From: Promethearchaeota archaeon
GTDB taxonomy: Archaea; Asgardarchaeota; Lokiarchaeia; Sigyniarchaeales; SOKP01
Direction of reading: 5' to 3'
Length of the DNA stretch: 64,000 nucleotides
Assembly (NCBI GenBank): GCA_019058365.1
Contig: JAHPZE010000006.1
Span: 32,001-96,000 of the forward strand
In this document: piece after piece, positions 10,380 through 20,065 of the stretch
Layout of the letters: every line of letters starts with the position of its first letter
Numbering within the stretch: position 1 is the first letter of the stretch
Position numbers and translations under genes: made by a program
Notes under the pieces: generated by a model
What the model was told of the DNA's origin: nothing
Database searches by the model: none
The model's input: the letters and a program-made list of their open reading frames with translations, nothing else

Positions 10380-10916
10380 TCAATTGATTTTCATTCTTTT
10401 TATCTGATCTAGCTTTTGTCTTATTTGAGATTGTGCAGCTAACGCATAAGAAAAACTAGGATCAATTTCTAAGGCTTTTTCATAATAAATTAAAGCTTCC
10501 TCATACATTTCCGTTGCTTCATATATTAAACCTAAATTATATAAACAATACTTATAATCTGGTTTAATTTTTAATGCGGTTTCGAAAGAATTTTTAGCAT
10601 TTTCTATTTGATTCAGATTGAAATAAGCAATACCTAGGTTATAATGAGCTCTATAATTTTTTGGACTCAGTTCAGTTATCCTCTTAAATGATTCTTTAGC
10701 TTTCTCAAATTCTAGAATATAGGAATCATTGAGATACCCTCCATAATTAAATAAAGTTTCAATTAAAATATTTTTAACTTCTTCAGAATTAGGATTGATT
10801 TTATATAGTTCATCTAAGATTTCTAAAGCTTCTTCATACATCTCTTGACTTTTTAAAATTTTCGCTTTTTCAATAAGATCTTTAGTTTTATTACGTTTTT
10901 CCATAGGAATATTCAC
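10380..10916 (-). CDS. TPR-repeat protein
   Basis: Repeated YNLG.AY...A...F..AL...P motifs. Confidence 0.9.
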   Translation of the reverse strand: MNIPMEKRNKTKDLIEKAKILKSQEMYEEALEILDELYKINPNSEEVKNILIETLFNYGGYLNDSYILEFEKAKESFKRITELSPKNYRAHYNLGIAYFNLNQIENAKNSFETALKIKPDYKYCLYNLGLIYEATEMYEEALIYYEKALEIDPSFSYALAAQSQIRQKLDQIKRMKIN

Positions 10917-10953
10917 AGTATTTATAATTAATTAGAAGAGATTAATCTTTAAT

Positions 10954-11418
10954 CTAGATCTCATTTTCGTACCAGATATATTTTGATTTCTTTATTCCTA
11001 ATTTTAAAAATAAGCTTCTTAAAGCCCCATCTTCGTCTGGACAAATAAAATGAACTTTATCAATTTTTAAGGATCTCTTAATATATAATTGAAGCTCTCG
11101 CATTATTTTTTCTTCGATTCCTCTCTTGAATGAATCTTCTTTTCTTGTTAAGACTTGATGGATTAAAACTCTATCATTACCTAAATAATCTCGAAATAAT
11201 GTATAGGTTCCAAAACCTATGATTTTCCCATCTTCTTTTGCTATAATCATCGAATTTCTATATTGAAGATCAAGACTCCTCCGATTCAACTCTTCCTCAA
11301 ATTTATTCCAATGTGAGAAGAAATAAGACTTATTTTCAATAAAATCTTTAAAAATTTCCTTCAAAGCCTCTTTATCTACTCTTGGGTCATATCTATCAAT
11401 TATAATCAAATTTTTCAC
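10954..11418 (-). CDS. GNAT-fold protein (putative acetyltransferase)
   Basis: IIAKEDGKIIGFG...KRGIEEKIM...LFLKLG pattern. Confidence 0.6.
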   Translation of the reverse strand: MKNLIIIDRYDPRVDKEALKEIFKDFIENKSYFFSHWNKFEEELNRRSLDLQYRNSMIIAKEDGKIIGFGTYTLFRDYLGNDRVLIHQVLTRKEDSFKRGIEEKIMRELQLYIKRSLKIDKVHFICPDEDGALRSLFLKLGIKKSKYIWYENEI

Positions 11419-11501
11419 CGTAGGAAATATTGTAATTATTAATATCTATTCTTTAATAAAAATTATTTTTTAAAACTTAGAATTATTCTCAATGATATAA
11501 T

Positions 11502-12017
11502 ATGAATCAAAAAAATGATGAAAAAATCGTCTCAATTCCTTTAAAAAAGTTGAGAAGGAATACAATTATTCCAAAACCATCAAAACTCGGAGATGCAGGT
11601 GCGGATGCTCGAATTATGGGTTTTAAAAAGATTATTCATGAAAATGATAAAAAAGAATTAATCGAAATTAGTACAGATACTTATACATTAAAACCTCTTG
11701 AAAGAATTGGATGTCCATTAGGATTCTCAACAGCCATACCAGAAGGATATTACTTTAACGTAGTTCCTCGAAGTGGATTAGCCTTATGGGATGGACTGTC
11801 TATTGTAAATTCTCCCGGAATTATCGATTCCGGGTATAGAAATGAGTGGATGGCAATAATAATCAACCTATCTAATAAAGAGGTGACATTGAAAAAAGGA
11901 GAAAGAATTTGCCAAATCATCTTATCGAAAATGTGCAATTATGAATTTTCTGAAACAGATAATCTAACTCAATCAGAACGCGGACAAGGAGGATTTGGGA
12001 GCACAGGAAAAAAGTGA
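11502..12017 (+). CDS. dut: Trimeric dUTP diphosphatase
   Basis: GDAGAD, PRSGLA, GIIDSGYR, RICQ, RGQGGFGSTG motifs. Confidence 0.95.
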   Translation: MNQKNDEKIVSIPLKKLRRNTIIPKPSKLGDAGADARIMGFKKIIHENDKKELIEISTDTYTLKPLERIGCPLGFSTAIPEGYYFNVVPRSGLALWDGLSIVNSPGIIDSGYRNEWMAIIINLSNKEVTLKKGERICQIILSKMCNYEFSETDNLTQSERGQGGFGSTGKK

Positions 12018-12056
12018 ATGAAAAATTATTTACATTTTTAAAGGAAAAATTCTATT

Positions 12057-12275
12057 ATGTCTGAATTAACTCGTGATGAAGTATTCATAATTGAGAAATT
12101 AAAAGACAATGGTGGTAAAATGAGTTATAAGGAATTGCAAGCTCTGTGTGAGGAAAAGTTTGAAGATGTCAGACTAATTTTAAAAAAATTGAAGGAGCAA
12201 AAATATGTTGAGTATGAAGGTGTGATACCTGGTTTTTCAGCTGAAATTGAGTTATTGCGAGATAAAGAGATTTAA
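12057..12275 (+). CDS. Small winged-helix protein
   Basis: 72 aa; helix-helix-helix-beta hairpin pattern (IIEKLK...SYKELQ...ILKKLKEQKYVEY). Confidence 0.6.
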   Translation: MSELTRDEVFIIEKLKDNGGKMSYKELQALCEEKFEDVRLILKKLKEQKYVEYEGVIPGFSAEIELLRDKEI

Positions 12276-12347
12276 TAAATTTCTCAATCGTAACCCTTAT
12301 GTTGTTTTTTTAATTTCTTTTAGTACTACTTTAGTTGAAAATAAACT

Positions 12348-13856
12348 ATGAGTGAAAATAATTCAGAATCCATAAAAGATAATTTTATCGAAAAAATTCT
12401 AAACCCTAAGAGTATCTGTGTTTTTGGTGCAAATAATAATCTTATGACAACAATGGGCTCAATGCAACTACGAAATATTATCGCTGGAGGCGGATTCAAT
12501 GGAAATATTTTCCCTGTACATCCAAGATTGGAAAAAGTTCAAGGGATTAAAGCTTATCAATCTATTTTCGATATCCCAATAATACCAGACTTAGCATTTA
12601 TCATATTACCAACTAGAATTGTACCCCAAGTAATGGAAGAATGTGGTCAAAAGGGTGTAAAAAATTTAATAATTACATCAGGTGGTTTTCGAGAGAGTGG
12701 ATCTGATGGAATTGAATTATCTAAACAAATTGATGAAATAGCTAAGAAATATAACATGAGATTTATTGGTCCTAACTGTTTAGGCATATATAATGGGTGG
12801 TATGGTTATCCCGACAAAAAAAATGCTTATTTTAACACTTTTTGGATTTATCTTCCGCATAAACGAGGAAATATCTCAATTATTAGTCAATCTGGTACTG
12901 TGGCGGCTCAAACTGCTTTTCATACCAATGATTTAGGAATTAAAATTGGAAAATCTATTTCTGTTGGAAATGAAAGAAATATAGATTTAGTTGATGTATT
13001 AAAATATTTAAAAAATGATCCTCTTACTGATGTAATCGGACTTTATATCGAAGAAATTAAACAAGGAAGGCAATTTATTAAATTAGTAAAAGAAATAACA
13101 CCTAAGAAACCCATAGTTGCAATTTATGCTGGAGGGACAAAAGCAGCAGCAAGATCTATAATGAGCCATACGGGATCAATTAGTGCTGATAGTAAAATCT
13201 ATGAAGCTGTATTTAAAGAAACGGGTATAATTTCTACTAATTCCATTATGGATTTCTTGTATTATCTTAGAACTTTATCCCAAGCACAGTCATATAACAT
13301 CTTTCCAAGAGGAAATAGAATAGGAATTATAACTGATTCTGGAGGTCCTGGTGCAATGATGACCAAAACTGCTGAATTGTATGGATTGGAAGTACCAGAA
13401 TTTTCACAAGAATTACAATCAGAAATTAAAAAGTATATTCCTAAAACAGCAAGCTCAGTGAATCCTGTTGACATTACTTTTCATGAGAACTTTATGAATA
13501 TGTTTATAAAATTCCCAAAATTATTAATGAAATCTCACGAAATCGATGCAGTTATTGTGTTTGGTGTTTATGATTTTGATGATATAATGAACGTTATTGA
13601 AAAATCTGGGATGAAACTTGATGAAAACATGAAAAATATGAGAGAAGTATTTGAAACTATGGTTCCAAAATCTATAAAAAGCTTAATGAAGAAATATTCA
13701 ATACCGGTGTTTTTTGCAGGTCCATATCCATATAGATATCCTTGGATGCAAAAATTTGTAGAACATGATCTCCCTATTTTTAGCATGTGGGATGATATAA
13801 CTAAATGCTTTAACATTTTATGTCGTTATGCCGAATATCGAAACAAACTTTCGTGA
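12348..13856 (+). CDS. acdA: ADP-forming acyl-CoA synthetase alpha subunit (paralog 1)
   Basis: CoA-binding domain, GPNCLG, SQSG, phospho-His SHTGS, DSGG, NPVD. Confidence 0.9.
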   Translation: MSENNSESIKDNFIEKILNPKSICVFGANNNLMTTMGSMQLRNIIAGGGFNGNIFPVHPRLEKVQGIKAYQSIFDIPIIPDLAFIILPTRIVPQVMEECGQKGVKNLIITSGGFRESGSDGIELSKQIDEIAKKYNMRFIGPNCLGIYNGWYGYPDKKNAYFNTFWIYLPHKRGNISIISQSGTVAAQTAFHTNDLGIKIGKSISVGNERNIDLVDVLKYLKNDPLTDVIGLYIEEIKQGRQFIKLVKEITPKKPIVAIYAGGTKAAARSIMSHTGSISADSKIYEAVFKETGIISTNSIMDFLYYLRTLSQAQSYNIFPRGNRIGIITDSGGPGAMMTKTAELYGLEVPEFSQELQSEIKKYIPKTASSVNPVDITFHENFMNMFIKFPKLLMKSHEIDAVIVFGVYDFDDIMNVIEKSGMKLDENMKNMREVFETMVPKSIKSLMKKYSIPVFFAGPYPYRYPWMQKFVEHDLPIFSMWDDITKCFNILCRYAEYRNKLS

Positions 13857-13962
13857 TAATTTATTTTATCTAATTTTTCTAATGAATCAATATTAATTAT
13901 TAATTATATTCAAATTTTTATTTTAATTATCTTAAATAATCTATAAAATAAATATGTAGAAT

Positions 13963-15486
13963 TTGACTGAAATCAATAGAAACATTTCAAAGAATCATTT
14001 TCTTCATCGCTTTTTGAATCCAGAGAGTATTGCAGTTTTTGGAGCATCTAATTCCTTTTTAGATAATATGGGTGCTATGATGCTTCGAAACATTATATTT
14101 GGTGGATTTCCAAAAGAAAAAATTTATCCTATACATCCTAAATTGGAAGATATTCAGGGTTTAAAGGCCTATAAATCAATATTAGATCTTTCAGAAACTC
14201 CAGATTTGGCTTTTCTCATTTTAAAACCCAATCATGTTCCAAAAGTATTGGAAGAATGTGGAAAAAAAGGAGTAAAACGAGTAATAATAGTATCAGGAGG
14301 ATTTCGAGAATTTGGTTCTGAAGGGATTCAGCTTTCTAATGAAATTCTCGAGATAACTAGAAAATATGATATTAGATTTATTGGTCCAAACTGTTTAGGA
14401 GTTTATAACGCATTTTATAATTATCCTGAATTTGAAGATAAATGCTTGAATACAATGTGGATATATGAAACTCCTGAACGAGGTAATATTTCCATTATTG
14501 CTCATTCTGGAACAGTTGCATCCCATGTCTTTTGGTATTGTAATAGAATTGGAGTAAAAATAGGAAAATCACTTTCTATTGGCAATGAAGAAAACATAGA
14601 TTTAGTTGATTTTTTGGATTATCTCAAAGATGATCCAGAGACCGATGTTATTGGCTTATATATTGAAGAAGTAAAGAAGGGAAAAGAATTTATAAATATA
14701 GTAAAGAAAATTACCCCTAAAAAACCAATTGTCGCTATTTATGCTGGAGGAACAGAAGCGGCTTCGCGCTCAATCATGGGACATACAGGTTCGATTGCGG
14801 GAGATAATCAAATTTTTGAAGCAGTGTTTAAAGAAACAGGCATCATTTCTACTGATTCAATTAAAGAATTTTTTTATTACTTAAGAGTATTTTCACATAA
14901 TATTATCCCAAAAGGCAATAGGTTAGGAATAATAACAGATTCAGGAGGATGTGGTGCGATGATGGCAAAGGTTGCTGAGAAAATAGGTTTGGTGGTACCT
15001 GAATTTTCAGATGAATTAAAAGGTATATTAAAACAGTATGTTCCACCTGTAGCAAATATTGATAATCCTTTAGATTTAACTTTTCAATTCAATCAATACA
15101 ATCTCTATGTAAAAATTCCAAAAGCCATGATAAATTCTGGTGAAGTTGATGGAATAATTATCTATGCTGCATTTGGTTTTGAAGAAATTTTAGATATAAT
15201 TAAAGCCTCAGGTGGTAAAATTTATGAAGAATTTGAGATATCTAATGAAATGATGAAAGGTCTATATTTAAAACCAATTCAAAGGCTAGTGAAGAAGAAA
15301 GGAGTTCCTGTTTTTTATATTGGTCCACAAGGGTATTCGAATCCATGGGTTAGAGAATTCATTAATTCAAATATTCCTATTTTTGATTTGTGGGATATGC
15401 CTGTGAAATGTTTTTCAGTTCTGGTTGATTATTCTAAATATCGAAAAAAACTCGATTCAAAATTTGAAAATTTAAAATTTAATTAG
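13963..15486 (+). CDS. acdA: ADP-forming acyl-CoA synthetase alpha subunit (paralog 2)
   Basis: GPNCLG, GHTGS, DSGG, NPLD; colinear with the upstream paralog; TTG start. Confidence 0.9.
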   Translation: MTEINRNISKNHFLHRFLNPESIAVFGASNSFLDNMGAMMLRNIIFGGFPKEKIYPIHPKLEDIQGLKAYKSILDLSETPDLAFLILKPNHVPKVLEECGKKGVKRVIIVSGGFREFGSEGIQLSNEILEITRKYDIRFIGPNCLGVYNAFYNYPEFEDKCLNTMWIYETPERGNISIIAHSGTVASHVFWYCNRIGVKIGKSLSIGNEENIDLVDFLDYLKDDPETDVIGLYIEEVKKGKEFINIVKKITPKKPIVAIYAGGTEAASRSIMGHTGSIAGDNQIFEAVFKETGIISTDSIKEFFYYLRVFSHNIIPKGNRLGIITDSGGCGAMMAKVAEKIGLVVPEFSDELKGILKQYVPPVANIDNPLDLTFQFNQYNLYVKIPKAMINSGEVDGIIIYAAFGFEEILDIIKASGGKIYEEFEISNEMMKGLYLKPIQRLVKKKGVPVFYIGPQGYSNPWVREFINSNIPIFDLWDMPVKCFSVLVDYSKYRKKLDSKFENLKFN

Positions 15487-15603
15487 TTAATTCTCTACTC
15501 ATTTCACTAATTATTTATATGTTTTTTATCTATAATTATTAGAATTACTTTAAAAGTTATATCAGATATAAGGAAATTAAATTATAATAAAGCGGTTTTC
15601 TAT

Positions 15604-16602
15604 TTGTCAATCCAATTTTTTAATCCTCCATCAGTGATTTTGGCTTCAGGATCCAAATTGGGTGTTGAATTAGGTGGCAGTAAAACCATTTTAAGTTTTG
15701 ATTCACACCACAATTTATATTCTGAGAGCGTAATTTTTACAGAATTAAGCTGGGGTTCATTTTATCAAGAAGAGGGACTAACTGACCAAATAGATACATT
15801 TACTACAAAAGAGTATGACTCTATTCGAGAAGATCCTGAAGCATTGATTACAACAATTGTAGATACTATTTATAAAATTATTAATAATGAAAAGTTATTC
15901 TATGGAATTGTAGATTTTGAAGTAGATGCTTTTCTTAATCAAAATACCGTAATTCCCGGGTTGAAATTAGACTATGAAATTATAAATAAACTTTTAGAGG
16001 CGCATAAAAGAACTCGAGATAAAGATTTATTTCCTAAAATTCTATCTGATTCAAAAAATATAAAAAAAATTAATATTGAAATTCAAGGTACCAAAAAATA
16101 TAAACTTCATATAATGGGAACTAAGTTGGAAGATCTAGCTGATACTTTGAGAATGGCTAAAGGTTTTGCAACAGGAATCGTCTGTACATCTCGAGGTGCT
16201 GCTAACCTTTACATTTTAAGCGATAACATTGTATATAAGGAAGATGAAATTCCAGAACTATACATTGACCAAGAAAACTTAGCTATTATTGAGATGGGAA
16301 TTCAACGAGAACTTTTATTTCCAATTAGTTGGTTTAGAATTGATCTAGGGCTTAGGTCTTTAGAAACTTTAGAGCTTTGGCATAAGATTAAAGATGATGA
16401 TAGGATAATTAAAGCTTTAGATAGATATGATAAATATATAACAAGCTTAATATACAATAAATATCGAGATATGGCATCCGCAGAAAAAATTGGCACTAAT
16501 TCGGAAGGCGATTTCAATCATATGAAAAGAAAAGAAAGAAGGCAAGCACTTAAAGATATGGCGGAAGCTATAAGAAAATTAACTGAAGAATATAAAAAAT
16601 AG
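15604..16602 (+). CDS. Hypothetical protein
   Basis: 332 aa ORF with normal globular composition; no family recognised. Confidence 0.6.
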   Translation: MSIQFFNPPSVILASGSKLGVELGGSKTILSFDSHHNLYSESVIFTELSWGSFYQEEGLTDQIDTFTTKEYDSIREDPEALITTIVDTIYKIINNEKLFYGIVDFEVDAFLNQNTVIPGLKLDYEIINKLLEAHKRTRDKDLFPKILSDSKNIKKINIEIQGTKKYKLHIMGTKLEDLADTLRMAKGFATGIVCTSRGAANLYILSDNIVYKEDEIPELYIDQENLAIIEMGIQRELLFPISWFRIDLGLRSLETLELWHKIKDDDRIIKALDRYDKYITSLIYNKYRDMASAEKIGTNSEGDFNHMKRKERRQALKDMAEAIRKLTEEYKK

Positions 16603-16606
16603 ACTC

Positions 16607-16915
16607 TTATTTCTCTTTTAAAATTCTTGGAGCTTTGAAATATCCATCTTTTTTATGTTTTGCATTTTTTAATGCATCTTCAGTAGATAGTGATTCCCAA
16701 GGTATATCTTCTCTAAAAACATTCTTTAAGCCATCTATTGGATGAGTCATAGGTTTAATATTGCTAGTATCTAAATTATCCAATTTTTTAAAGTAATTTA
16801 GGATATCACCTACTTCTTTTGCAAGTTTTACTTTTTCTTCCTCAGATAAATCAAGTAAAGCTAATTTTGCAATATGGTCTATAGTTTCTTTTGATAACTC
16901 TTTGTTCTGATTCAT
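16607..16915 (-). CDS. gatC: Asp/Glu-tRNA amidotransferase subunit C
   Basis: HIAKLALL, LDTSNIKPM, NVFRED, GYFKAPRI. Confidence 0.93.
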   Translation of the reverse strand: MNQNKELSKETIDHIAKLALLDLSEEEKVKLAKEVGDILNYFKKLDNLDTSNIKPMTHPIDGLKNVFREDIPWESLSTEDALKNAKHKKDGYFKAPRILKEK

Positions 16916-17050
16916 AGCTTAGCTCACTAAGTTATAGTCATATATAATAATTAAGCTTGATCCTATTGTTTTTTAAAATTATTGAATTGAAAGTCATACT
17001 TTTTACACATTTAAACTTAGTTTTAAACTGTGATATATAAAAATATCAAA

Positions 17051-17110
17051 TAAAAGGTTTTAAATATTCAATAATCATTATATCAGTTACTGGTAGTCCA
17101 GTCACTGGTA
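17051..17110 (+). promoter_or_regulatory. BRE/TATA box followed by two tandem palindromic operators (CAGT-N-ACTG) upstream of the PadR gene
   Basis: AAAAGG-TTTTAAAT at 17052-17065; CAGTTACTGGTA (17084-17095) and CAGTCACTGGTA (17099-17110). Confidence 0.6.
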
Positions 17111-17169
17111 ATCAGAGAACAATTAGTTATATTTACTATTAAAACGCTATCTATGATTTTGAGTAACCC

Positions 17170-17754
17170 ATGGTTGAAAATTATAATAAAAATTTTGAAA
17201 AGGTAATGAAAAAAAATTTCACTAATATCTTTATACTTTCTATACTTGAAAAAGGGCCTTCTCATGGTTATAAAATAGGGAATGAAATTGAAAAGCGCAC
17301 TATAGGAATGTGGAATCCATCTGCATCGACACTATATTGGATATTAAATAACTTAAGGGAAAAAGGATTCATAAAACTCCTTGAAGAAGATAAAAATAAA
17401 AAAGTGTATGAGATTTCAGATACAGGGAAAGAAGCATTAAGATTAATGAAATTAACTCAACGAAATATAAGAAATACATATCGTCGGTTTTTAGCAGCAT
17501 CAATAGATAATAGTAATACAATTGATTTAGAGGATCTCGAACGCTTTGATGAAATTCCTTCAATCCAAGTGCTACCGACTGCTTTAAGACCAGAAAGGTT
17601 TAAGGGTAATTTAACTCTTAATGAAAGAATTCAACTACTTGAATCTAAAAAAGCAGCATTTATAGAAACTCGAGATCGAATGAATGAATACATCAAGGAC
17701 TTTGATGAAACAATTTTAAAAATTAGAAAGGAATTAGATAAACGAGAAAAATAA
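17170..17754 (+). CDS. PadR family transcriptional regulator
   Basis: ILSILEKGPSHGYKI...PSASTLY..L..L...G...KKVYEISDTGK; C-terminal coiled coil. Confidence 0.9.
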   Translation: MVENYNKNFEKVMKKNFTNIFILSILEKGPSHGYKIGNEIEKRTIGMWNPSASTLYWILNNLREKGFIKLLEEDKNKKVYEISDTGKEALRLMKLTQRNIRNTYRRFLAASIDNSNTIDLEDLERFDEIPSIQVLPTALRPERFKGNLTLNERIQLLESKKAAFIETRDRMNEYIKDFDETILKIRKELDKREK

Positions 17755-17816
17755 TCTCTACTAGGAAAGTTTCGAAAAAATAAAAAAATAATGATTAAAA
17801 GAGAATTGAAATAAAA

Positions 17817-18788
17817 ATGAGCTTTGACCAAAATAAAAAAAGAATACCTTTTCTTACTTTTCTTATATCTTATAAATGCACTAATGAATGCAAGCATTGT
17901 GCGCTTCATGGATCTCCAAATCAAGACGATATTTCAATGGAATTAGGGGATATAAAAAGATATTTAGAAGATATTACAACTAATTATATAGTTGATGAAG
18001 TGGGTTTTTTTGGAGGAGAACCTCTACTTAATCTTGATTTACTAGTTAGCTTCATTGAAGAGGTGAAAAGATATGATATTCCAAATATTGGATTACCAAC
18101 GAATGGATATTGGGGAAAAAATGATACAACTGCTAAAAAATATGCCCTAAAGTTAAAAGAAGCAGGTTTAAATACTATTGGTTTTAGTATTGACATGTTT
18201 CATCAAGAATTTATTCCACTCGATGTAGTGAAACGAGCAATGAAAGCTGCATATGAAGTTGGAATTGAACGGATATATTCAATAACTCAAAATCTAGGAC
18301 CTGGTAATATAAATAATTCTTTTAATGAACAGAATAAAAAAATTACAGAAGTGATTTCCAATGAGTTTGAGTTTTGTCAGGTAATAAATAGTGAGTTACA
18401 AGTAAGAGGTCGAGCGGCAAAACAACTCATCAAATATTACTCAATGAATACAATACCCTCAGATAAGTGTCTTATTTTCAAAGTTCCGATGTTTATGATC
18501 GATCCTAATGGATGGGTTTTCCATCAATTATGTCATGGGATTTGTATTGGGAATGCTAAGAAAAATGCTTTATCTAAAATAATAATGAACTTTAACTATA
18601 GAAAACATCCGATAATAGGGAAGTTGGTGGCTAAAGGAGGCACTAATAATCTTCTTGAAATTGCTATTGAAAAAGGATATAAACCTCAAAATGGATATGC
18701 GGATAAATGTCATGTCTGTTCTTTAGCGAGGAATTTTCTCCGTCCTTTTTATCCAAATATACTCGAACCTTCAAATATATATTATTAA
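17817..18788 (+). CDS. Radical SAM protein
   Basis: CTNECKHC (CxxxCxxC), GGEP, TNGYW, SID.FH; C-terminal Cys cluster. Confidence 0.9.
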   Translation: MSFDQNKKRIPFLTFLISYKCTNECKHCALHGSPNQDDISMELGDIKRYLEDITTNYIVDEVGFFGGEPLLNLDLLVSFIEEVKRYDIPNIGLPTNGYWGKNDTTAKKYALKLKEAGLNTIGFSIDMFHQEFIPLDVVKRAMKAAYEVGIERIYSITQNLGPGNINNSFNEQNKKITEVISNEFEFCQVINSELQVRGRAAKQLIKYYSMNTIPSDKCLIFKVPMFMIDPNGWVFHQLCHGICIGNAKKNALSKIIMNFNYRKHPIIGKLVAKGGTNNLLEIAIEKGYKPQNGYADKCHVCSLARNFLRPFYPNILEPSNIYY

Positions 18789-18887
18789 ATACTACGAGAA
18801 GAGATAGAACATCCCTTAAAGAAATTTATAGAGAAACTTTAAAAAATAATAATAAGAATTAAGTGATATATCTATTTTATTTTAAAT

Positions 18888-19241
18888 ATGGTAGATGAAG
18901 AAGATTTAAGGGATTTGATCCCTAGCTACGCCTATATCTCGTTAGCGAGACGTGGAATGGAGAAAATCTCTTTAGATCAATGTTTTCTTAAGGATTGCGA
19001 TAACCAAGACCCCAAATTATTAGAACCTTTTAAAAAAGAAGAATATGAAGAGGAAAAGAAAGAAATTAAGAAAATCTATATAAAATGTAAAAAATGCAAT
19101 GGTATTTTCATATTAAAACTTGAGACATTAAAATATGTAGCAAAATCGACTAAAGATGAGGAAGAGGAACCACTATCTATGGGGCTAGTGTACGCTTTAG
19201 ATGAAAATGGCAATTCTCTTGGACATATAGGGTATTTTTAA
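18888..19241 (+). CDS. Hypothetical Zn-binding protein
   Basis: CFLKDC...CKKC; its stop directly abuts the HAD start. Confidence 0.55.
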   Translation: MVDEEDLRDLIPSYAYISLARRGMEKISLDQCFLKDCDNQDPKLLEPFKKEEYEEEKKEIKKIYIKCKKCNGIFILKLETLKYVAKSTKDEEEEPLSMGLVYALDENGNSLGHIGYF

Positions 19242-19937
19242 ATGAGATTTGATTTTTATTTATTTGATTTAGATGGAACTTTGCTTCATCTTGGTAATAT
19301 CGGAGCTTATGTGGATCAAATATTAATTGAAACCTTCATCAGATTAGAAGCCAGTAATCCGCCAAAAAAGAATGAAAAGTATAAACTGTGGTCTCCTGAA
19401 GAAGACTTCTTTGATGTTTTAGAAGAATGGGGTGTCAAGAATCCTCAGAATTTTTGGAAGGTTTTTGATGAGATAGATTTTAAGTTACGGAAAAAACTAA
19501 TTGAAAATGAACAGGCTTTCTTATATAAGGATGTTTATAATATATTAGAAAAGATTTACCATCACAAGTATAATAAAAAACTCGCAATAGTCTCAAACAC
19601 GGCATATTATATTGTTGAATTTATCTTGAAAAAATTTGGTATCATAAATTTTTTTCATGAAACTTTTAGTTTAGGTTATTATAATAACGATCAAGAACTA
19701 GCTAAACCGTCTCCAAAAGGCGTTCTCACGATATTGGATAAATTTAAATATGATCCAAAAGAATCAAAAGCTATATTAGTTGGAGATTCTAAATTTGATA
19801 TTATTGCTGCTAAAAAAGCTGATATTTATGCATGTTTAATAAGAAGGGAAATAAATAATCAAAATAAAAATTATAACAAATGGGATATTCAACCAGATTT
19901 CGTCATAAAAGGATTGGATGAACTAGTTCATTTATAA
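19242..19937 (+). CDS. HAD-superfamily phosphatase (phosphoglycolate phosphatase-like)
   Basis: FDLDGTL, VSN, KPSP, VGDS..DI. Confidence 0.9.
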   Translation: MRFDFYLFDLDGTLLHLGNIGAYVDQILIETFIRLEASNPPKKNEKYKLWSPEEDFFDVLEEWGVKNPQNFWKVFDEIDFKLRKKLIENEQAFLYKDVYNILEKIYHHKYNKKLAIVSNTAYYIVEFILKKFGIINFFHETFSLGYYNNDQELAKPSPKGVLTILDKFKYDPKESKAILVGDSKFDIIAAKKADIYACLIRREINNQNKNYNKWDIQPDFVIKGLDELVHL

Positions 19938-20065
19938 TAATAGGAAATCTACAAATTCTTAACTTAACCATTCAAAATTAATGAAATAATAGATATTGAA
20001 TGAATAAAATTAAATAATCAAACTGATTTTTATTTAATATTGAAAATCTTAAGAGACTTATCCAA

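Noticed and set aside
12583-12595. 13-nt identity (TACCAGACTTAGC) between acdA and the 30-nt intron
   Set aside because: It encodes the conserved PDLA motif of AcdA; a single short match is compatible with chance.
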